Shown here in pieces: positions 51,401 to 64,000 of a stretch of 64,000 nt of DNA. The notes beneath the pieces are model-generated. The model ran no database searches, was not told where the DNA came from, and worked only from the letters and a program-made list of their open reading frames with translations. How positions within the stretch are numbered: the stretch's first letter is position 1; every line of letters begins with the position of its first letter. Position numbers and translations under genes: made by a program. This DNA comes from Balanoglossus misakiensis (lineage: Eukaryota; Animalia; Hemichordata), in contig CM082590.2 of assembly GCA_040954595.2 (NCBI GenBank), forward strand, positions 1,302,001 through 1,366,000, written 5' to 3'.

Positions 51401-54400
51401 CTCGCGTCTAGCAAGCGTAGTCAGTCAGGGCGGGGCCCGGGCGTCCCCACTCGCGTCTAGCAAGCGTAGTCAGTCAGGGCGGGGCCCGGGCGTCCCCACT
51501 CGCGTCTAGCAAGCGTAGTCAGTCAGGGCGGGGCCCGGGCGTCCCCACTCGCGTCTAGCAAGCGTAGTCAGTCAGGGCGGGGCCCGGGCGTCCCCATTCG
51601 CGAATAGCAAGCGTAGTCAGTCAGGGCGGGGCCCGGGCGTCCCCATTCGCGAATAGCAAGCGTAGTCAGTCAGGGCGGGGCCCGGGCGTCCCCACTCGCG
51701 AATAGCAAGCGTAGTCAGTCAGGGCGGGGCCCGGGCGTCCCCACTCGCGTATAGCAAGCGTAGTCAGTCAGGGCGGGGCCCACTCGCGTCTAGCAAGCGT
51801 AGTCAGTCAGGGCAGGGCCCGGGCGTCCCCACTCGCGTATAGCAAGCGTAGTCAGTCAGGGCGGGGCCCGGGCGTCCCCACTCGCGTCTAGCAAGCGTAG
51901 TCAGTCAGGGCGGGGCCCGGGCGTCCCCACTCGCGTATAGCAAGCGTAGTCAGTCAGGGCGGGGCCCACTCGCGTCTAGCAAGCGTAGTCAGTCAGGGCA
52001 GGGCCCGGGCGTCCCCACTCGCGTATAGCAAGCGTAGTCAGTCAGGGCGGGGCCCGGGCGTCCCCACTCGCGTCTAGCAAGCGTAGTCAGTAAGGGCGGG
52101 GCCCGGGCGTCCCCACTCGCGTCTAGCAAGCGTAGTCAGTCAGGGCGGGGCCCACTCGCGTCTAGCAAGCGTAGTCAGTCAGGGCGGGGCCCGGGCGTCC
52201 CCACTCGCGTATAGCAAGCGTAGTCAGTCAGGGCGGGGCCCGGGCGTCCCCACTCGCGTCTAGCAAGCGTAGTCAGTCAGGGCGGGGCCCACTCGCGTCT
52301 AGCAAGCGTAGTCAGTCAGGGCAGGGCCCGGGCATCCCCACTCGCGTCTAGCAAGCGTAGTCAGTCAAGGCGGGGCCCGGGCGTCCCCACTCGCGTCTAG
52401 CAAGCGTAGTCAGTCAGGGCGGGGCCCGGGCGTCCCCACTCGCGTCTAGCAAGCGTAGTCAGTCAGGGCGGGGCCCGGGCGTCCCCACTCGCGTCTAGTA
52501 AGCGTAGTCAGTCAGGGCGGGGCCCACTCGCGTCTAGCAAGCGTAGTCAGTCAGGGCAGGGCCCACTCGCGTCTAGCAAGCGTAGTAGGTCAGGGCGGGG
52601 CCCGGGCGTCCCCACTCGCGTCTAGCAAGCGTAGTCAGTCAGGGCGGGGCCCGGGCGTCCCCACTCGCGTATAGCAAGCGTAGTCAGTCAGGACGGGGCC
52701 CACTCGCGTCTAGCAAGCGTAGTCAGTCAGGGCGGGGCCCGGGCGTCCCCACTCGCGTCCAGCAAGCGTAGTCAGTCAGGGCGGGGCCCGGGCGTCCCCA
52801 CTCGCGTCTAGCAAGCGTAGTCAGTCAGGGCGGGGCCCGGGCGTCCCCACTCGCGTCTAGCAAGCGTAGTCAGTCAGGGCGGGGCCCGGGCGTCCCCATT
52901 CGCGAATAGCAAGCATAGTCAGTCAGGGCGGGGCCCGGGCGTCCCCACTCGCGAATAGCAAGCGTAGTCAGTCAGGGCGGGGCCCGGGCGTCCCCACTCG
53001 CGTATAGCAAGAGTAGTCAGTCAGGGCGGGGCCCGGGCGTCCCCACTCGCGTATAGCAAGCGTAGTCAGTCAGGGCGGGGCCCACTCGCTTCTAGCAAGC
53101 GTAGTCAGTCAGGGCGGGGCCCGGGCGTCCCCACTCGCGTCTAGCAAGCGTAGTCAGTCAGGGCGGGGCCCGGGCGTCCCCACTTGCGTCTAGCAAGCGT
53201 AGTCAGTAAGGGCGGGGCCCGGGCGTCCCCACTCGCGTCTAGCAAGCGTAGTCAGTCAGGGCGGGGCCCGGGCGTCCCCACTCGCGTCTAGCAAGCGTAG
53301 TCAGTTAGGGCGGGGCCCACTCGCGTCTAGCAAGCGTAGTCAGTCAGGGCGGGGCCCGGGCGTCCCCACTCGCGTCTAGCAAGCGTAGTCAGTCAAGGCG
53401 GGGCCCGGGCGTCCCCACTCGCGTCTAGCAAGCGTAGTCAGTCAGGGCGGGGCCCGGGCGTCCCCACTCGTGTCTAGCAAGCGTAGTCAGTCAGGGCGGT
53501 GCCCGGGCGTCCCCACTCGCGTCTAGCAAGCGTAGTCAGTCAGGGCGGGGCCCGGGCGTCCCCACTCGCGTCTAGCAAGCGTAGTCAGTCAGGGCGGGGC
53601 CCGGGCGTCCCCACTCGTGTCTAGCAAGCGTAGTCAGTCAGGGCGGGGCCCACTCGCGTCTAGCAAGCGTAGTCAGTCAGGGCGGGGCCCGGGTGTCCCC
53701 ACTCGCGTCTAGCAAGCGTAGTCAGTCAGGGCGGGGCCCGGGCGTCCCCACTCGCGAATAGCAAGCGTAGTCAGTCAGGGCGGGGCCAGGGCGTCCCCAC
53801 TCGCGTCTAGCAAGCGTAGTCAGTCAGGGCGGGGCCCACTAGCGTCTAGCAAGCGTAGTCAGTCAGGGCGGGGCCCGGGCGTCGCCACTCGCGTCTAGCA
53901 AGCGTAGTCAGTCAGGGCGGGGCCCGGGCGTCCCCACTCGCGTCTAGCAAGCGTAGTCAGTCAGGGCGGGGCCCACTCGCGTCTAGCAAGCGTAGTCAGT
54001 CAGGGCGGGGCCCGGGCGGCCCCACTCGCGTCTAGCAAGCGTAGTCAGTCAGGGCGGGGCCCGGGCGTCCCCACTCGCGTCTAGCAAGCGTAGTCAGTCA
54101 GGGCGGGGCCCGGGCGTCCCCACTCGCGTATAGCAAGCGTAGTCAGTCAGTGCGGGGCCCCGGCGTCCCCACTCGCGTATAGCAAGCGTAGTCAGTCAGT
54201 GCGGGGCCCGGGCGTCCCCACTCGCGTATAGCAAGCGTAGTCAGTCAGGGCGGGGCCACTCGCGGCTAGCAAGCGTAGTCAGTCAGGGCGGGGCCCGGGC
54301 GTCCCCACTTGCGAATAGCAAGCGTAGTCAGTCAGGGCGGGGCCCGGGCGTCCCCACTCGCGTCTAGCAAGCGTAGTCAGTCAGGGCGGGGCCCACTCGC

Positions 54401-57400
54401 GTCTAGCAAGCGTAGTCAGTCAGGGCAGGGCCCGGGCGTCCCCACTCGCGTCTAGCAAGCGTAGTCAGTCAGGGCGGGGCCCGGGCGTCCCCACTCGCGT
54501 CTAGCAAGCGTAGTCAGTCAGGGCGGGGCCCGGGCGTCCCCACTCGCGTCCAGCAAGCGTAGTCAGTCAGGGCGGGGCCCGGGCGTCCCCACTCGCGTCT
54601 AGCAAGCGTAGTCAGTCAGGGCGGGGCCCGGGCGTCCCCACTCGCGTCTAGCAAGCGTAGTCAGTCAGGGCGGGGCCCGGGCGTCCCCATTCGCGAATAG
54701 CAAGCATAGTCAGTCAGGGCGGGGCCCGGGCGTCCCCACTCGCGAATAGCAAGCGTAGTCAGTCAGGGCGGGGCCCGGGCGTCCCCACTCGCGTATAGCA
54801 AGAGTAGTCAGTCAGGGCGGGGCCCGGGCGTCCCCACTCGCGTATAGCAAGCGTAGTCAGTCAGGGCGGGGCCCACTCGCTTCTAGCAAGCGTAGTCAGT
54901 CAGGGCGGGGCCCGGGCGTCCCCACTCGCGTCTAGCAAGCGTAGTCAGTCAGGGCGGGGCCCGGGCGTCCCCACTTGCGTCTAGCAAGCGTAGTCAGTAA
55001 GGGCGGGGCCCGGGCGTCCCCACTCGCGTCTAGCAAGCGTAGTCAGTCAGGGCGGGGCCCGGGCGTCCCCACTCGCGTCTAGCAAGCGTAGTCAGTTAGG
55101 GCGGGGCCCACTCGCGTCTAGCAAGCGTAGTCAGTCAGGGCGGGGCCCGGGCGTCCCCACTCGCGTCTAGCAAGCGTAGTCAGTCAAGGCGGGGCCCGGG
55201 CGTCCCCACTCGCGTCTAGCAAGCGTAGTCAGTCAGGGCGGGGCCCGGGCGTCCCCACTCGTGTCTAGCAAGCGTAGTCAGTCAGGGCGGTGCCCGGGCG
55301 TCCCCACTCGCGTCTAGCAAGCGTAGTCAGTCAGGGCGGGGCCCGGGCGTCCCCACTCGCGTCTAGCAAGCGTAGTCAGTCAGGGCGGGGCCCGGGCGTC
55401 CCCACTCGTGTCTAGCAAGCGTAGTCAGTCAGGGCGGGGCCCACTCGCGTCTAGCAAGCGTAGTCAGTCAGGGCGGGGCCCGGGTGTCCCCACTCGCGTC
55501 TAGCAAGCGTAGTCAGTCAGGGCGGGGCCCGGGCGTCCCCACTCGCGAATAGCAAGCGTAGTCAGTCAGGGCGGGGCCAGGGCGTCCCCACTCGCGTCTA
55601 GCAAGCGTAGTCAGTCAGGGCGGGGCCCACTAGCGTCTAGCAAGCGTAGTCAGTCAGGGCGGGGCCCGGGCGTCGCCACTCGCGTCTAGCAAGCGTAGTC
55701 AGTCAGGGCGGGGCCCGGGCGTCCCCACTCGCGTCTAGCAAGCGTAGTCAGTCAGGGCGGGGCCCACTCGCGTCTAGCAAGCGTAGTCAGTCAGGGCGGG
55801 GCCCGGGCGGCCCCACTCGCGTCTAGCAAGCGTAGTCAGTCAGGGCGGGGCCCGGGCGTCCCCACTCGCGTCTAGCAAGCGTAGTCAGTCAGGGCGGGGC
55901 CCGGGCGTCCCCACTCGCGTATAGCAAGCGTAGTCAGTCAGTGCGGGGCCCCGGCGTCCCCACTCGCGTATAGCAAGCGTAGTCAGTCTGTGCGGGGCCC
56001 GGGCGTCCCCACTCGCGTATAGCAAGCGTAGTCAGTCAGGGCGGGGCCACTCGCGGCTAGCAAGCGTAGTCAGTCAGGGCGGGGCCCGGGCGTCCCCACT
56101 TGCGAATAGCAAGCGTAGTCAGTCAGGGCGGGGCCCGGGCGTCCCCACTCGCGTCTAGCAAGCGTAGTCAGTCAGGGCGGGGCCCACTCGCGTCTAGCAA
56201 GCGTAGTCAGTCAGGGCAGGGCCCGGGCGTCCCCACTCGCGTCTAGCAAGCGTAGTCAGTCAGGGCGGGGCCCGGGCGTCCCCACTCGCGTCTAGCAAGC
56301 GTAGTCAGTCAGGGCGGGGCCCGGGCATCCCCACTCGCGTCTAGCAAGCGTAGTCAGTCAGGGCGGGGCCCGGGCGTCCCCACTCGCGTCTAGCAAGCGT
56401 AGTCAGTCAGGGCTGGGCCCACTCGCGTCTAGCAAGCGTAGTCAGTCAGGGCGGGGCCCGGGCGTCCCCACTCGCGTATAGCAAGCGTAGTCAGTCAGGG
56501 CTGGGCCCGGGCGTCCCCACTCACATCTAGCAAGCGTAGTCAGTCAGGGCGGGGCCCACTCGCGTCTAGCAAGCGTAGTCAGTCAGGGCGGGGCCCAGGC
56601 GTCCCCACTCGCATCTAGCAAGCGTAGTCAGTCAGGGCGGGGCCCGGGCGTCCCCACTCGCGTCTAGCAAGCGTAGTCAGTCAGGGCGGGGCCCGGGCGT
56701 CCCCACTCGCGTCTAGCAAGCGTAGTCAGTCAGGGCGGGGCCCGGGCGTCCCCACTCGCGTCTAGCAAGCGTAGTCAGTCAGGGCGGGGCCCGGGCGTCC
56801 CCACTCGCGTCTAGCAAGCGTAGTCAGTCAGGGCGGGGCCCACTCGCGTCTAGCAAGCGTAGTCAGTCAGGGCGGGGCCCGGGCGTCCCCACTCGCGTCT
56901 AGCAAGCGTAGTCAGTCAGGGCGGGCCCTGGGCATCCCCACTCGCGTCTAGCAAGCGTAGTCAGTCAGGGCGGGGCCCGGGCGTCCCCACTCACGTCTAG
57001 CAAGCGTAGTCAGTCAGGGCGGGGCCCGGCGTCCCCACAGGCGTATAGCAAGCGTAGTCAGTCAGGGCGGGGCCCGGGCGTCGCCACTCGCGTCTAGCAA
57101 GCGTAGTCAGTCAGGGTGGGGCCCACTCGCGTCTAGCAAGCGTAGTCAGTCAGGGCGGGGCCCGGGCGTCCCCACTCGCGTCTAGCAAGCGTAGTCAGTC
57201 AGTGCGGGGCCCCGGCGTCCCCACTCGCGTATAGCAAGCGTAGTCAGTCAGTGCGGGGCCCGGGCGTCCCCACTCGCGTATAGCAAGCGTAGTCAGTCAG
57301 GGCGGGGCCCACTCGCGTCTAGCAAGCGTAGTCAGTCAGGGCGGGGCCCGGGCGTCCCCACTCGCGAATAGCAAGCGTAGTCAGTCAGGGCGGGGCCCGG

Positions 57401-60400
57401 GCGTCCCCACTCGCGTATAGCAAGCGTAGTCAGTCAGGACGGGGCCCACTCGCGTCTAGCAAGCGTAGTCAGTCAGGGCGGGGCCCGGGCGTCCCCACTC
57501 GCGTCTAGCAAGCGTAGTAAGTCAGGGCGGGGCCCGGGCGTCCCCACTCGCGTCTAGCAAGCGTAGTCAGTCAGGGCGGGGCCCGGGCGTCCCCACTCGC
57601 GTCTAGCAAGCGTAGTCAGTCAGGGCGGGGCCCACTCGCGTCTAGCAAGCGTAGTCAGTCAGGGCAGGGCCCGGGCGTCCCCACTCGCGTCTAGCAAGCG
57701 TAGTCAGTCAGGGCGGGGCCCGGGCGTCCCCACTCGCGTCTAGCAAGCGTAGTCAGTCAGGGCGGGGCCCGGGCGTCCCCACTCGCGTCTAGCAAGCGTA
57801 GTCAGTCAGGGCGGGGCCCGGGCGTCCCCACTCGCGTCTAGCAAGCGTAGTCAGTCAGGGCTGGGCCCACTCGCGTCTAGCAAGCGTAGTCAGTCAGGGC
57901 GGGGCCCGGGCGTCCCCACTCACGTCTAGCAAGCGTAGTCAGTCAGGGCGGGGCCCGGGCGTCCCCACTCGCGTCTAGCAAGCGTAGTCAATCAGGGCGG
58001 GGCCCGGGCGTCCCCACTCGCGTATAGCAAGCGTAGTCAGTCAGGGCGGGGCCCGGGCGTCCCCACTCGCGTATAGCAAGCGTAGTCAGTCAGGGCTGGG
58101 CCCGGGCGTCCCCACTCACATCTAGCAAGCGTAGTCAGTCAGGGCGGGGCCCACTCGCGTCTAGCAAGCGTAGTCAGTCAGGGCGGGGCCCAGGCGTCCC
58201 CACTCGCGTCTAGCAAGCGTAGTCAGTCAGGGCGGGGCCCGGGCGTCCCCACTCGCGTCTAGCAAGCGTAGTCAGTCAGGGCGGGGCCCGGGCGTCCCCA
58301 CTCGCGTCTAGCAAGCGTAGTCAGTCAGGGCGGGGCCCGGGCGTCCCCACTCGCGTCTAGCAAGCGTAGTCAGTCAGGGCGGGGCCCGGGCGTCCCCACT
58401 CGCGTCTAGCAAGCGTAGTCAGTCAGGGCGGGGCCCACTCGCGTCTAGCAAGCGTAGTCAGTCAGGGCGGGGCCCGGGCGTCCCCACTCGCGTCTAGCAA
58501 GCGTAGTCAGTCAGGGCGGGGCCCGGGCGTCCCCACTCGCGTCTAGCAAGCGTAGTCAGTCAGGGCGGGGCCCGGGCGTCCCCACTCGCGTCTAGCAAGC
58601 GTAGTCAGTCAGGGCGGGGCCCGGGCGTCCCCACTCGCGTCTAGCAAGCGTAGTCAGTCAGGACGGGGCCCACTCGCGTCTAGCAAGCGTAGTCAGTCAG
58701 GGCGGGGCCCGGGCTTCCCCACTCGCGTATAGCAAGCGTAGTCAGTCAGGGCGGGGCCCGGGCGTCCCCACTCGCGTCTAGCAAGCGTAGTCAGTCAGGG
58801 CGGGGCACGGGCGTCCCCACTCGCGTCTAGCAAGCGTAGTCAGTCAGGGCGGGGCACGGGCGTCCCCACTCGCGTCTAGCAAGCGTAGTCAGTCAGGGCG
58901 GGGCCCGGGCGTCCCCACTCGCGTCTAGCAAGCGTAGTCAGTCAGGGCGGGGCCCGGGCGTCCCCACTCGCGTCTAGCAAGCGTAGTCAGTCAGGGCGGG
59001 GCCCGGGCGTCCCCGCTCGTGTCTAGCAAGCGTAGTCAGTCAGGACGGGGCCCACTCGCGTCTAGCAAGCGTAGTCAGTCAGGGCGGGGCCCGGGCGTCC
59101 CCACTCGCGTCTAGCAAGCGTAGTCAGTCAGGGCGGGGCCCGGGCGTCCCCACTCGCGTCTAGCAAGCGTAGTCAGTCAGGGCGGGGCCCGGGCGTCCCC
59201 GCTCGTGTCTAGCAAGCGTAGTCAGTCAGGACGGGGCCCACTCGCGTCTAGCAAGCGTAGTCAGTCAGGGCGGGGCCCGGGCGTCCCCACTCGCGTCTAG
59301 CAAGCGTAGTCAGTCAGGGCGGGGCCCGGGCGTCCCCACTCGCGTCTAGCAAGCGTAGTCAGTCAGGGCGGGGCCCGGGCGTCCCCACTCGCGTCTAGCA
59401 AGCGTAGTCAGTCAGGGCGGGGCCCGGGCATCCCCACTCGCGTCTAGCAAGCGTAGTCAGTCAGGGCGGGGCCCGGGCGTCCCCACTCGCGTATAGCAAG
59501 CGTAGTCAGTCAGGGCGGGGCCCGGGCGTCCCCACTCGCGTCTAGCAAGCGTAGTCAGTCAGGGCGGGGCCCGGGCATCCCCACTCGCGTCTAGCAAGCG
59601 TAGTCAGTCAGGGCGGGGCCCGGGCGTCCCCACTCGCGTCTAGCAAGCGTAGTCAGTCAGGGCGGGGCCCACTCGCGTCTAGCAAGCGTAGTCAGTCAGG
59701 GCGGGGCCCGGGCGTCCCCACTCGCGTCTAGCAAGCGTAGTCAGTCAGGGCGGGGCCCGGGCGTCCCCACTCGCGTCTAGCAAGCGTAGTCAGTCAGGGC
59801 GGGGCCCGGGCGTCCCCACTCGCGTCTAGCAAGCGTAGTCAGTCAGGGCGGGGCAAGGGCATCCCCACTCGCGTCTAGCAAGCGTAGTTAGTCAGGGCGG
59901 GGCCCGGGCGTCCCCACTCGCGAATAGCAAGCGTAGTCAGTCAGGGCGGGGCCCGGGCGTCCCCACTCGCGTCTAGCAAGCGTAGTCAGTCAGGGCGGGG
60001 CCCGGGCGTCCCCACTCGCGTCTAGCAAGCGTAGTCAGTAAGGGCGGGGCCCGGGCGTCCCCACTCGCGTTTAGCAAGCGTAGTCAGTCAGGACGGGGCC
60101 CACTCGCGTCTAGCAAGCGTAGTCAGTCAGGGCGGGGCCCGGGCGTCCCCACTCGCGTCTAGCAAGCGTAGTCAGTCAGGGCGGGGCCCGGGCGTCCCCA
60201 CTCGCGTCTAGCAAGCGTAGTCAGTCAGGGCGGGGCACGGGCGTCCCCACTCGCGTCTAGCAAGCGTAGTCAGTCAGGGCGGGGCCCGGGCGTCCCCACT
60301 CGCGTCTAGCAAGCGTAGTCAGTCAGGGCGGGGCCCGGGCGTCCCCACTCGCGTCTAGCAAGCGTAGTCAGTCAGGGCGGGGCCCGGGCGTCCCCGCTCG

Positions 60401-63400
60401 CGTCTAGCAAGCGTAGTCAGTCAGGACGGGGCCCACTCGCGTCTAGCAAGCGTAGTCAGTCAGGGCGGGGCCCGGGCGTCCCCACTCGCGTCTAGCAAGC
60501 GTAGTCAGTCAGGGCGGGGCCCGGGCGTCCCCACTCGCGTCTAGCAAGCGTAGTCAGTCAGGGCGGGGCCCGGGCGTCCCCACTCGCGTCTAGCAAGCGT
60601 AGTCAGTCAGGGCGGGGCCCGGGCGTCCCCACTCGCGTATAGCAAGCGTAGTCAGTCAGGGCGGGGCCCGGGCGTCCCCACTCGCGTATAGCAAGCGTAG
60701 TCAGTCAGGGCGGGGCCCGGGCGTCCCCACTCGCGTCTAGCAAGCGTAGTCAGTCAGGGCGGGGCCCGGGCGTCCCCACTCGCGTCTAGCAAGCGTAGTC
60801 AGTCAGGGCGGGGCCCGGGCGTCCCCACTCGCGTCTAGCAAGCGTAGTCAGTCAGGGCGGGGCCCGGGCGTCCCCACTCGCGAATATCAAGCGTAGTCAG
60901 TCAGGGCGGGGCCCGGGCGTCCCCACTCGCGTCTAGCAAGCGTAGTCAGTCAGGGCGGGGCCCGGGCGTCCCCACTCGCGTCTAGCAAGCGTAGTCAGTC
61001 AGGGCGGGGCCCGGGCGTCCCCACTCGCGTCTAGCAAGCGTAGTCAGTCAGGGCGGGGCCCGGGCGTCCCCACTCGCGTCTAGCAAGCGTAGTCAGTCAG
61101 GGCGGGGCCCGGGCGTCCCCACTCGCGTCTAGCAAGCGTAGTCAGTCAGGGCTGGGCCCACTCGCGTCTAGCAAGCGTAGTCAGTCAGGGCGGGGCCCGG
61201 GCGTCCCCACTCGCGTCTAGCAAGCGTAGTCAGTCAGGGCGGGGCCCGGGCGTCCCCACTCGCGTCTAGCAAGCGTAGTCAGTCAGGGCGGGGCCCGGGC
61301 ATCCCCACTCGCGTCTAGCAAGCGTAGTCAGTCAGGGCGGGGCCCGGGCGTCCCCACTCGCGTATAGCAAGCGTAGTCAGTCAGGGCGGGGCCCGGGCGT
61401 CCCCACTCGCGTCTAGCAAGCGTAGTCAGTCAGGGCGGGGCCCGGGCATCCCCACTCGCGTCTAGCAAGCGTAGTCAGTCAGGGCGGGGCCCGGGCGTCC
61501 CCACTCGCGTCTAGCAAGCGTAGTCAGTCAGGGCGGGGCCCACTCGCGTCTAGCAAGCGTAGTCAGTCAGGGCGGGGCCCGGGCGTCCCCACTCGCGTCT
61601 AGCAAGCGTAGTCAGTCAGGGCGGGGCCCGGGCGTCCCCACTCGCGTCTAGCAAGCGTAGTCAGTCAGGGCGGGGCCCGGGCGTCCCCACTCGCGTCTAG
61701 CAAGCGTAGTCAGTCAGGGCGGGGCAAGGGCGTCCCCACTCGCGTCTAGCAAGCGTAGTTAGTCAGGGCGGGGCCCGGGCGTCCCCACTCGCGAATAGCA
61801 AGCGTAGTCAGTCAGGGCGGGGCCCGGGCGTCCCCACTCGCGTCTAGCAAGCGTAGTCAGTCAGGGCGGGGCCCGGGCGTCCCCACTCGCGTCTAGCAAG
61901 CGTAGTCAGTAAGGGCGGGGCCCGGGCGTCCCCACTCGCGTTTAGCAAGCGTAGTCAGTCAGGACGGGGCCCACTCGCGTCTAGCAAGCGTAGTCAGTCA
62001 GGGCGGGGCCCGGGCGTCCCCACTCGCGTCTAGCAAGCGTAGTCAGTCAGGGCGGGGCCCGGGCGTCCCCACTTGCGTCTAGCAAGCGTAGTCAGTCAGG
62101 GCGGGGCACGGGCGTCCCCACTCGCGTCTAGCAAGCGTAGTCAGTCAGGGCGGGGCCCGGGCGTCCCCACTCGCGTCTAGCAAGCGTAGTCAGTCAGGGC
62201 GGGGCCCGGGCGTCCCCACTCGCGTCTAGCAAGCGTAGTCAGTCAGGGCGGGGCCCGGGCGTCCCCGCTCGCGTCTAGCAAGCGTAGTCAGTCAGGACGG
62301 GGCCCACTCGCGTCTAGCAAGCGTAGTCAGTCAGGGCGGGGCCCGGGCGTCCCCACTCGCGTCTAGCAAGCGTAGTCAGTCAGGGCGGGGCCCGGGCGTC
62401 CCCACTCGCGTCTAGCAAGCGTAGTCAGTCAGGGCGGGGCCCGGGCGTCCCCACTCGCGTCTAGCAAGCGTAGTCAGTCAGGGCGGGGCCCGGGCGTCCC
62501 CACTCGCGTATAGCAAGCGTAGTCAGTCAGGGCGGGGCCCGGGCGTCCCCACTCGCGTATAGCAAGCGTAGTCAGTCAGGGCGGGGCCCGGGCGTCCCCA
62601 CTCGCGTCTAGCAAGCGTAGTCAGTCAGGGCGGGGCCCGGGCGTCCCCACTCGCGTCTAGCAAGCGTAGTCAGTCAGGGCGGGGCCCGGGCGTCCCCACT
62701 CGCGTCTAGCAAGCGTAGTCAGTCAGGGCGGGGCCCGGGCGTCCCCACTCGCGAATATCAAGCGTAGTCAGTCAGGGCGGGGCCCGGGCGTCCCCACTCG
62801 CGTCTAGCAAGCGTAGTCAGTCAGGGCGGGGCCCGGGCGTCCCCACTCGCGTCTAGCAAGCGTAGTCAGTCAGGGCGGGGCCCGGGCGTCCCCACTCGCG
62901 TCTAGCAAGCGTAGTCAGTCAGGGCGGGGCCCGGGCGTCCCCACTCGCGTCTAGCAAGCGTAGTCAGTCAGGGCGGGGCCCGGGCGTCCCCACTCGCGTC
63001 TAGCAAGCGTAGTCAGTCAGGGCTGGGCCCACTCGCGTCTAGCAAGCGTAGTCAGTCAGGGCGGGGCCCGGGCGTCCCCACTCGCGTCTAGCAAGCGTAG
63101 TCAGTCAGGGCGGGGCCCGGGCGTCCCCACTCGCGTCTAGCAAGCGTAGTCAGTCAGGGCGGGGCCCGGGCGTCCCCACTCGCGTCTAGCAAGCGTAGTC
63201 AGTCAGGGCGGGGCCCGGGCGTCCCCGCTCGCGTCTAGCAAGCGTAGTCAGTCAGGACGGGGCCCACTCGCGTCTAGCAAGCGTAGTCAGTCAGGGCGGG
63301 GCCCGGGCGTCCCCACTCGCGTCTAGCAAGCGTAGTCAGTCAGGGCGGGGCCCGGGCGTCCCCACTCGCGTCTAGCAAGCGTAGTCAGTCAGGGCGGGGC

Positions 63401-64000
63401 CCGGGCGTCCCCACTCGCGTCTAGCAAGTGTAGTCAGTCAGGGCGGGGCCCGGGCGTCCCCACTCGCGTCTAGCAAGCGTAGTCAGTCAGGGCGGGGCCC
63501 GGGCGTCCCCACTCGCGTATAGCAAGCGTAGTCAGTCAGGGCGGGGCCCGGGCGTCCCCACTCGCGTATAGCAAGCGTAGTCAGTCAGGGCGGGGCCCGG
63601 GCGTCCCCACTCGCGTCTAGCAAGCGTAGTCAGTCAGGGCGGGGCCCACTCGCGTCTAGCAAGCGTAGTCAGTCAGGGCGGGGCCCGGGCGTCCCCACTC
63701 GTGTCTAGCAAGCGTAGTCAGTCAGGGCGGGGCCCGGGCGTCCCCACTCGCGTCTAGCAAGCGTAGTCAGTCAGGGCGGGGCCCGGGCGTCCCCACTCGC
63801 GTCTAGCAAGCGTAGTCAGTCAGGGCGGGGCCCACTCGCGTCTAGCAAGCGTAGTCAGTCAGGGCGGGGCCCGGGCGTCCCCACTCGCGTCTAGCAAGCG
63901 TAGTCAGTCAGGGCGGGGCCCGGGCGTCCCCACTCGCGTCTAGCAAGCGTAGTCAGTCAGGGCGGGGCCCACTCGCGTCTAGCAAGCGTAGTCAGTCAGG
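48481..64000. repeat. GC-rich satellite array, 49-bp monomer CCCCACTCGCGTCTAGCAAGCGTAGTCAGTCAGGGCGGGGCCCGGGCGT with a 39-bp deletion variant; runs off the window
   Basis: Periods of 49 (48521 to 48570) and 39 (48619 to 48658); monomer is 35/49 GC with 6 CpG; roughly 330 monomers; no ORFs in the track. Confidence 0.98.

Noticed and set aside
48481-64000. CRISPR array or coding repeat
   Set aside because: No unique spacers, eukaryotic context, no cas genes, and no ORFs in the track; it is a plain tandem satellite

Overview
This is AT-rich, intron-containing animal (metazoan) genomic DNA; a marine invertebrate, possibly a deuterostome, is my inference. I recognise no intact host gene. Bases 1-48.4 kb are a densely nested transposon graveyard. 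Degraded coding remnants, all on the minus strand, include a Penelope-like RT/GIY-YIG, a DIRS/Ngaro-type tyrosine recombinase, a spliced Kolobok-type transposase, a RAG1-N-terminal/Chapaev-type zinc-binding ORF split in frame by a MITE, an AcademX-type XPG+Cys8 transposase, and a nearly intact multi-exon Sola-type transposase. Non-autonomous elements include TTAA Kolobok-type MITEs, TTA Harbinger-type MITEs, Helentron-type HINEs with internal tandem repeats, a self-nested CAGTG-TIR element, a 2-kb element with 3-bp TSDs, and TSD-less palindromes. Local duplications provide empty sites for several insertions. From ~48.48 kb to the window end is a GC- and CpG-rich 49/39-bp satellite with 1791-bp and 1871-bp higher-order duplications. 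Family calls come from motifs recognised by eye; no database searches were run.
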